Assembly (NCBI GenBank): GCA_035389025.1
Contig: DAOOQY010000001.1
Location: 1-33,182, forward strand
Direction: 5' to 3'
Length of the DNA: 33,182 nucleotides
Source of the DNA: Verrucomicrobiota bacterium
Lineage (GTDB): Bacteria; Verrucomicrobiota; Verrucomicrobiia; Limisphaerales; J093
Position numbers and translations under genes: made by a program
The notes under the pieces: model-generated
Seen by the model: only the letters and a program-made list of their open reading frames with translations
Database searches by the model: none
What the model was told of the DNA's origin: nothing
Shown here: positions 18,713 to 24,724 of the stretch, in pieces
Layout: each line of letters opens with the position of its first letter
Position numbering within the stretch: the first letter of the stretch is position 1

Positions 18713-19813
18713 CTAACTCTTTGGCGCAGGTGAGGGGGGAGGCTCGTTGAGGCTCCAGTATTGGGCCAGGAGCCCGACCATTTCGAGAAACTCGGCCGAG
18801 TTGGCCCGCTTCATCAGATACCCCGAGATGCCCAGGGCGTACATGCGGGCCTTGTCTTCCTCGAGTCGCGAGGCCGTCAGGACCACCACCGGCAGATTGC
18901 GCAGGTCCGGATCCCGCCGAATCTCCGCGAGAAACTCCTCGCCGTTCATGCCCGGCATTTTGATGTCCAGCAGCACCAGACCGGGCCGCGGATTCTCCGG
19001 CGACCGCAGGAACCGCAAGGCCTCATCGGCCGACCGGGCGACAACCAATCGCGTCTCGGTCTCCAGTTCCCGCAGCGCCCGCTGGACACTGAGGATGTCC
19101 ACTTCGTCGTCCTCGACCAGCAGGAGCGGCGTGCGTTCCTGACAGAAGGCCCGCAGGCGTCGCTCGTGCCGATGGTGATGCTCCCATTCCATCGCCGAGC
19201 GCATCAACTCGTGCGTGCCCTGGATTCTGAGCTTGGTCCGGATATTCGCCCGATGCACGTCCACGGTCCGCGAGCTGATGGACAGTTCCGCGGCGATTTC
19301 TTTGGCTTCCTTGCCCTGGCCGGTGAGTCTGAAGACCTCCATCTCGCGGTTGGAAAGCACCTGCGGGGGGTCCTGTTCGGAGGTTGGAGGTCCGGTGGCC
19401 AGATGGCGCAACAACCTGTTCCCCAGGCGCGGGTCCAGGACAATCTCTTGACGCGCGGCCTGCCTGACAGCCGACGCCAGGGTGTTGGCGTTCACCTCGT
19501 TCGAGAGGTACCCCATCGCGCCGTGTCTCAATACCCGCTCCGCGATCCAGGCATCCTCGCGTTCGGACAGGACCAGCACCGCCGGCGGCTGTGCGGCCTT
19601 GAGCAGACGCCCCAAAACCGGCTCTCCTCGCTTCCGGCAGAAGCTGGCTCCCAGAATTACCACGTCGGGCTGACTGGCGTTGACCGCGCTGAGTCCCGCT
19701 GCCGCATCCCCTACCTCGCCGAGCACCTCGATGCCCGGATCCGTCTCGAGGTGGCTTCGGATGCCGGCGCGGTTAATGGACTGCTCCTCAATGATGAGAA
19801 CCCGGATTGCCAC
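18713..19813 (-). CDS. response regulator: degenerate receiver + LuxR/NarL-type HTH + canonical C-terminal receiver
   Basis: This is the 3' third of ORF 18713..21031(-). The proposed start is GTG at 19811-19813 (AIRVLIIEEQS). REC1 has EE for the acidic pair, VVILGASF in place of the phospho-Asp and YLSNE in place of the conserved Lys. The HTH reads LSNREMEVFRLTGQGKEAKEIAAELSISSRTVDVHRANIRTKL. REC2 is canonical (LLLVEDDE, LVLLDIKMPGMNG, VVVLTAS, GYLMKRA). There is no stop between the domains. The start codon is uncertain. Confidence 0.7.
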   Translation of the reverse strand: MAIRVLIIEEQSINRAGIRSHLETDPGIEVLGEVGDAAAGLSAVNASQPDVVILGASFCRKRGEPVLGRLLKAAQPPAVLVLSEREDAWIAERVLRHGAMGYLSNEVNANTLASAVRQAARQEIVLDPRLGNRLLRHLATGPPTSEQDPPQVLSNREMEVFRLTGQGKEAKEIAAELSISSRTVDVHRANIRTKLRIQGTHELMRSAMEWEHHHRHERRLRAFCQERTPLLLVEDDEVDILSVQRALRELETETRLVVARSADEALRFLRSPENPRPGLVLLDIKMPGMNGEEFLAEIRRDPDLRNLPVVVLTASRLEEDKARMYALGISGYLMKRANSAEFLEMVGLLAQYWSLNEPPPSPAPKS

Positions 19814-19840
19814 AACCCCAGTGTGACAGGGCCGCGGATT

Positions 19841-19903
19841 TTCGCAATACTCTTCGCAGCTCTTCGCAGCGCCTCTTCCCAGCGCTCTCCACGGCGTTTC
19901 GCA
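19841..19903. promoter_or_regulatory. array of TTCGCA hexamers in the divergent promoter region (candidate operator)
   Basis: TTCGCA occurs at 19841-19846, 19853-19858, 19863-19868 and 19898-19903. The middle two lie in a perfect tandem duplication of tcttcgcagc (19851-19870). The array sits between the response-regulator start (19813) and the ATPase start (20084). Confidence 0.4.
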
Positions 19904-20083
19904 CGATGAGCAGCCTTCTCCCAAGGCGGGCAGTACGACGCCCGGCGCGTCCGTCCGCGCCGCAGGCGGGCGGGCGTGTCGTCGCTCTGGCCGCGGCCGT
20001 GCCGCCGGGCGAAATGTCCGGACTGGCCAGCCGCCATTTGCGCGTGCGGAAGTTGGGTCTGGACGGTCCAATGAAGCGACGTG

Positions 20084-21151
20084 ATGAACGACGCCACGCA
20101 GGGGCCCGAAGTGTTGTCGAGGCTTCTCCAGCAAGCCGAGGCGGCCGGGGCGAGCGATATCCATCTGCACCTGACAGGCGGGCAGACCGAGGTGGCATTC
20201 CGCCTCGATGGCCTTCTGACGCCGGTCACAACCCTCGAAAGCGGGCTGGGCGAGCATGTCATCGGCCGCATCAAGTTCCTCGCCCGGCTCAAGACTTACC
20301 AGGACAGCCTGCCGCAGGATGGGCGCATCGACCGGCGAGACAGCGGCGCCGGCTGCGACATCCGGGTGGCCACCTATCCCACGGTGCGGGGAGAGAAGGT
20401 GGTGCTGCGGCTGTTCAACCGTGACGGAGTGCGTGCCCTGGAGGAGTTGGCCTTGCCCGACGGACTGGTGAGCGAGTTGGAGGCGTTCTTGCGGCAGGAG
20501 ACGGGCCTGTTGCTGTTGACGGGCCCGGCTGGAAGCGGCAAGACGACGACGATCTACGCCTGTCTGAGCGCCCTGGCTCAAGGCGGTCTCAAGCACGTCA
20601 TTACCGTCGAGGACCCGGTCGAGCAAGTCCTTCCCGGGGTGATGCAGACCGAAGTGAACGAGGCGCGCGGGCTGACCTTTGCAGTGGCGGCGCGCCATCT
20701 CTTGCGCCAGGACCCGCAGGTGCTGGTCCTCGGTGAAATCCGCGACGACGAAACGGCGACGCTGGCGGTGCGGGCGGCGCTGACGGGGCATCTGGTCATT
20801 TCCACGCTGCACGCGGGATCCTGCCGGGGCGTGTTCGAGCGCTTGCTGGCGATGTGTCCGGACCACGCCGCGGTGGCGTCGGCCGTTGCACTGGTGGTCA
20901 ATCAGCGGCTCATGCGCCGCTGCTGCGCGTCGTGCCAGCGCCGGGGTTGTCCGCTCTGTTTGCAGACCGGCTATCGCGGGCGGCTGCCGCTGGTCGAGTG
21001 GGTGCGTCTGACCCCCGCTCTCCAGCGTCAACTGCGGGCCGTCGGGCCGGACGCGATCGAGCCGGCGCGGAGCCTCGAGTTGGCTGCGCGTGATCTTGTG
21101 GCCGCAGGACTGTCTGACCAGCAGGAACTGGAACGAATGTTCGGCTTATGA
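20084..21151 (+). CDS. GspE/PilB/ComGA-like secretion ATPase, short form (paralog 2)
   Basis: 355 aa. Motifs: ASDIHLH, LPQDGRI...RVATYPTVRGEKVVLRLF, Walker A GPAGSGKTT, GEIRDDETA, His box TGHLVISTLHAG, and cysteines CASC...CPLC. An alternative start is the GTG at 20081. Confidence 0.85.
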   Translation: MNDATQGPEVLSRLLQQAEAAGASDIHLHLTGGQTEVAFRLDGLLTPVTTLESGLGEHVIGRIKFLARLKTYQDSLPQDGRIDRRDSGAGCDIRVATYPTVRGEKVVLRLFNRDGVRALEELALPDGLVSELEAFLRQETGLLLLTGPAGSGKTTTIYACLSALAQGGLKHVITVEDPVEQVLPGVMQTEVNEARGLTFAVAARHLLRQDPQVLVLGEIRDDETATLAVRAALTGHLVISTLHAGSCRGVFERLLAMCPDHAAVASAVALVVNQRLMRRCCASCQRRGCPLCLQTGYRGRLPLVEWVRLTPALQRQLRAVGPDAIEPARSLELAARDLVAAGLSDQQELERMFGL

Positions 21152-22149
21152 AACTGGACGAGTTCGCCTTTTTGAACCAGCAACTGGCCGGGATGCTGCG
21201 CGGCGGCATCCCGCTCGAGGGCGCTCTGAAGCAGTTGACGGCGAGTCTCGAACGCGGGGCGCTGCGCGAGGAACTCGAGCAACTCGAAGCGGATTTGGCC
21301 AAAGGAACCCCTTTGCGCGACGCCCTGCCGCGTCGCCGCCTGCCCGATCTCTACCAGCAATTGGTTCAACTGGGCGCCCAGGGCAACGACCTGCCGGGCA
21401 TGCTGACGCTTCTGGCCGACTATTACCAAAGGCGCCATCTGATCTGGACCAAGCTCAAGGCCCTCATGGTCTATCCGGCCATCGTCCTGATCGGCAGTCT
21501 GGGGTTGTCGATTCTCCTGGCCCATTTCGCCCGCGTGCTGACGACGTCGGCTCCTTGGTTTTTCTACGAGGGGCAGACGCTCCCAGCCGCGGCCGCCATC
21601 GGCGGTCCCAGCGCCCTGCTCATCCCTCCGCTCTGGATCGCTCTGATGTTGGTCCTGTTCGTTGCGGCCCTGACCGTGCCGGCCTGCCGCAATTGGGCCC
21701 GCTGGCACTTGCCCGGCTTCCGGGAATCGAGCCTGAGCCAGTTTGCCGCGACCATGCGGCTGCTCCTGGCGTCCGGCACCGACCTGCCTCGTGCGCTGGC
21801 GCTGGTCGCCAACCTCGAGAAGGGGACGGCCGTTGGCCGCGAACTCGCCCGCTGGCGGGACCGGCTCGCCGCGGGCGCCGGACGAATCGGCGAGTTCGCC
21901 ACACCCAGCCGGCTTTTCCCGCCCATGTTTGTCTGGCTGGTGGGACAGGGCGGCGAGGACCTCGCCGGCGGCTTCGCCCGCGCCGCGGAGGTCTACGGCG
22001 AACGAGCCCGGCATCGGGTGGAAATGATGTTGTATGCCGCGTTGCCAGTTGCGGTCCTGGCGCTGGGCGGGATGATCGCCGGACAGTTGGTCCTCGGTTT
22101 GCGCATGTGCGCCCTGGTGACGGGATTGAATGCGCTGGGCGCGGAGTGA
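21148..22149 (+). CDS. GspF/PilC-like platform protein 1 (two T2SSF-type repeats)
   Basis: ATGA overlap with the ATPase stop. Repeat 1: FLNQQLAGMLRGGIPLEGALKQL...LPDLYQQLVQLGAQGNDLPGMLTLLADYY. Repeat 2: FAATMRLLLASGTDLPRALALV...FPPMFVWLVGQGGEDLAGGFARAAEVY. TM helices lie between and after the repeats. Confidence 0.8.
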   Translation: MKLDEFAFLNQQLAGMLRGGIPLEGALKQLTASLERGALREELEQLEADLAKGTPLRDALPRRRLPDLYQQLVQLGAQGNDLPGMLTLLADYYQRRHLIWTKLKALMVYPAIVLIGSLGLSILLAHFARVLTTSAPWFFYEGQTLPAAAAIGGPSALLIPPLWIALMLVLFVAALTVPACRNWARWHLPGFRESSLSQFAATMRLLLASGTDLPRALALVANLEKGTAVGRELARWRDRLAAGAGRIGEFATPSRLFPPMFVWLVGQGGEDLAGGFARAAEVYGERARHRVEMMLYAALPVAVLALGGMIAGQLVLGLRMCALVTGLNALGAE

Positions 22150-22158
22150 TGCGGCCCC

Positions 22159-23298
22159 ATGAACCCTCTCGTGCTCAATCTGCTGGTCTGGCTGTTGGAA
22201 CTGATCGCGTTGGCGGTGCTGGCCTACCTCGCCTATTTCTTCCTGAGCCTCCCTCTGCGCCGGCGCGAGCGGGCACGCCTCTTCCTCGATCTCATCGAAC
22301 TCGGGCTGCGAGATGGCCGCGGCGTGGAACAGACCGTGTGCGCCCTGGGAGCGACGGGGGATCGCGCGTTGGGTTCGAGGTTCCACCGCTTCGCCACGCA
22401 CCTGGCTTCGGGCCTCACCCTCGCCCAGGCCCTCGAACGGGTGCCGAGCCTGCTCCCCCCGCCCGTGGCCGGGATGCTCCGCGCCGGGCACGCGGGAGGC
22501 GATTTGCCCGGCGTGCTGGCCGCGTGCCGCCAGCGGCTTCAAGACCACGTCGATGCCGTCGCAGCCGCCCACCATTACTTCATGCTCTTTGCCCTTGTCG
22601 TCAGCCCCGCGTGGATCGCAACCTTCGCTGCGCTTTTCGTGTTCGTGATGCCGAAGTTCCTCGCCATCGCCGAGGACATGGGGACGACGACGCCCTCCCT
22701 CCTGATCGCCTTGGCCAGCCACAGCAAGACTCTCGTTGTGGCGCAGACCGCGCTGTTGCTCGGTCTCTATGGCCTGGTCCTGGCTTACGTCGGCGGCCCG
22801 CGTCTCGCGGGGTGGATCAGCCGCATCTGGCCAGGCCTGCCGGATCGACTGGCCTGGCTTTTCCCGTGGAAGCGGCTGCGTCTGCAGCGCGACTTCTCGT
22901 CCGTGCTCGCCATTCTCCTGGATGCAGGCCTCCCGGAAGCTCGGGCCCTCGATCTGGCGGGTGAGAGCACCGCCAATGCGGTGATGCGCGGGCGGGCGGG
23001 CGCCGCCGTGGCGGACCTCGAACGGGGCGCTGGTCTGCCCTCGGCGTTGCGTCGATTGGACGTGTCGGGCCAGTTCCGATGGCGTCTCGAGAATGCGATG
23101 CAGGGGCCGGCCCGTTTTCGCGCCGCCCTCGATGGCTGGCACGAGGTCTTGTCCGCCAGGGCCTGGCAGCTCGAACAGACGGCGGCCCAACTGGCGACCA
23201 CAGGCCTGGTGCTGGTCAACGGACTGTTTGTCGGCGCGCTTGCACTCGGGGTTTTCGGAATGCTCCTGAGCGTGATCGAAGGAGGCCTTCTATGGTGA
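22159..23298 (+). CDS. GspF/PilC-like platform protein 2 (two T2SSF-type repeats, extra N-terminal TM helix)
   Basis: Repeat 1: FLDLIELGLRDGRGVEQTV...LPPPVAGMLRAGHAGGDLPGVLAACRQRL. Repeat 2: FSSVLAILLDAGLPEARALDLA...GQFRWRLENAMQGPARFRAALDGWHEVL. It starts with the hydrophobic MNPLVLNLLVWLLELIALAVLAYLAYFFL. Confidence 0.78.
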   Translation: MNPLVLNLLVWLLELIALAVLAYLAYFFLSLPLRRRERARLFLDLIELGLRDGRGVEQTVCALGATGDRALGSRFHRFATHLASGLTLAQALERVPSLLPPPVAGMLRAGHAGGDLPGVLAACRQRLQDHVDAVAAAHHYFMLFALVVSPAWIATFAALFVFVMPKFLAIAEDMGTTTPSLLIALASHSKTLVVAQTALLLGLYGLVLAYVGGPRLAGWISRIWPGLPDRLAWLFPWKRLRLQRDFSSVLAILLDAGLPEARALDLAGESTANAVMRGRAGAAVADLERGAGLPSALRRLDVSGQFRWRLENAMQGPARFRAALDGWHEVLSARAWQLEQTAAQLATTGLVLVNGLFVGALALGVFGMLLSVIEGGLLW

Positions 23299-23678
23299 CC
23301 CACTCTTCCAGCCGCGGGAGGGCGCTGATGCGCCGGGGCGCATTGATGACCGAGTTGGTCGTCGCCATCAGCATCGTCGTCGTTGCCCTCTTCCCGCTCG
23401 CTCTGGCATTCCTCAACGAGCAGAAGCTGTGTCGCGCCTATTACTATCGCGCCCTGGCCCTCGAAATCGTCGATGGCGAGATGGAGGTTCTGGCCGCGGG
23501 CGAGTGGCGCGCGTTCGAGTCCGGGGTTCACGCGTACCAGCCCTTGGCGCCGGCTGTCACGAACCTCCCGCCGGGGCGTTTCGAGCTGACGGTCTCAGAC
23601 CGGGCAATCCGGCTGGCCTGGCAGCCGAGCCGGCGCGACACCGGCGGGCGGGTGGCGAGGGAGGTGAAGGTGCGATGA
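23292..23678 (+). CDS. small prepilin-like protein 1 (class III signal-like N-terminus)
   Basis: A GAAGGAGG Shine-Dalgarno sequence at 23278-23285 lies 6 nt before ATG 23292, and the start overlaps the upstream stop (ATGGTGA). The N-terminus is MVTHSSSRGRALMRRG|ALMTELVVAISIVVVALFPLA, with a Gly followed by Glu at +5 and a hydrophobic helix. An alternative ATG is at 23328. Confidence 0.65.
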   Translation: MVTHSSSRGRALMRRGALMTELVVAISIVVVALFPLALAFLNEQKLCRAYYYRALALEIVDGEMEVLAAGEWRAFESGVHAYQPLAPAVTNLPPGRFELTVSDRAIRLAWQPSRRDTGGRVAREVKVR

Positions 23679-24244
23679 ACACGAGACGCGTTGCCATGCG
23701 GATGGGGCCGAGGCGGCGCCATGCCTGGTCCGAGAGGGCCGCCGAGGGCCAGCCGTGCTCGCCGCAATCCGGCATCCTGCTGATCGAGTGCCTGATCTAC
23801 CTCGCGTGCCTCTTTGCCGTGCTTGGCGCGGCCTTGGCGGTGTTCTACCAAACGCTCGATTTCTCCCGCGACCTTCGCCGCAACGCCGACGATATCGCTC
23901 GAGTTCTCAAGGCCGGGGAGCGCTGGCGGACCGATGTGCGGTCCGCGACCGGCCGAATCGTCTTCGAGGAGGGTCCGGGCGGACGCGCGCTGCGCATTCC
24001 GCGGGAAGGCGGCGCGACCACTTATTTCTTCGTCACCAATGCCGTGCTCCGTTGCGCCGCGGCAACCGGGCGATGCGAGACGATCCTGCCGGCTGTCCAG
24101 GAGTGCCGTTTCGTGAGCGAACCGCGCCAGCGCGTCACGGCGTGGCGCTGGGACCTCGAGTTGCCGTCGCGTCTCGAGGCCGTGCGGGTGCATCCGCTCT
24201 TCACATTTACCGCGGTCGCCCGCCCCGAGGAGGCACAACCATGA
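23675..24244 (+). CDS. prepilin-like protein 2 (long leader)
   Basis: ATGA overlap with the upstream gene. The N-terminus is ...EGQPCSPQSG|ILLIECLIYLACLFAVLGAALAV, with Glu at +5 after the Gly. The leader before the Gly is about 33 aa, which is unusually long. Confidence 0.6.
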   Translation: MNTRRVAMRMGPRRRHAWSERAAEGQPCSPQSGILLIECLIYLACLFAVLGAALAVFYQTLDFSRDLRRNADDIARVLKAGERWRTDVRSATGRIVFEEGPGGRALRIPREGGATTYFFVTNAVLRCAAATGRCETILPAVQECRFVSEPRQRVTAWRWDLELPSRLEAVRVHPLFTFTAVARPEEAQP

Positions 24245-24504
24245 AGACAGCGGCTTCCAACCAAGGCCGCGAGCGCGGCTCGGCCGTGATTGTCGTGCTC
24301 GCCTTGCTCCTCTTGACCCTGGCGTTTATGGCCGGAAACGATGTCACCTTGCGCTCTCTGCGCCGCGAGATGCGGATCATCGAAGAGCGTCAGCTTCGCA
24401 AGTACGAGCCGCCTGAGCCCGAGTCCGCCCAGACAGGCCCCAGCCGGAAATCCTCGGACTCCCCTCCATGGCGCGATCACGTCGCGTCGGGTTCTCCCCC
24501 CTAA
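24241..24504 (+). CDS. 87-aa membrane-anchored protein with GspK/minor-pseudopilin-like N-terminus
   Basis: ATGA overlap with the upstream gene. The N-terminus is MKTAASNQGRERGSAVIVVLALLLLTLAFMAGN, with no Glu at +5, as in GspK-type proteins. The remainder is short, charged and Pro-rich, with no globular domain. Confidence 0.5.
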   Translation: MKTAASNQGRERGSAVIVVLALLLLTLAFMAGNDVTLRSLRREMRIIEERQLRKYEPPEPESAQTGPSRKSSDSPPWRDHVASGSPP

Positions 24505-24724
24505 CCCGCATATTTGACACCCCGTCAGTGCACAGGGCCGTCAGATGTCGCATGATGTCTGCCATGCGGGTTAGAAAGGCAAAACCGCGCCCGGCTTGAG
24601 CCGAACACTGAGCGTCGCGTGTTGCGTCTGTCTGAGGCTTGCATTCCCCTCGGCCCGACCCCATGCTGCCCGCGTTCGGAGCACTAAATGATGCCGGGCC
24701 TTCAAAGGCCCGGACGATGATTTG

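Noticed and set aside
17489-18733. 414-aa + ORF
   Set aside because: It is antisense to the TPR-like gene, is Gly/Arg/Pro-rich and has no motifs.
19814-21031. Upstream two-thirds of the 772-aa minus ORF 18713..21031
   Set aside because: This part is antisense to the well-supported GspE-like ATPase at 20084..21151. Recognisable regulator domains begin only at about 19813.
21028-23190. 720-aa minus ORF, and the 624-aa + ORF 21090..22964
   Set aside because: Both overlap the two GspF-like genes in other frames. Their translations are dominated by Arg/Gly/Pro/Ala with no domain signatures.
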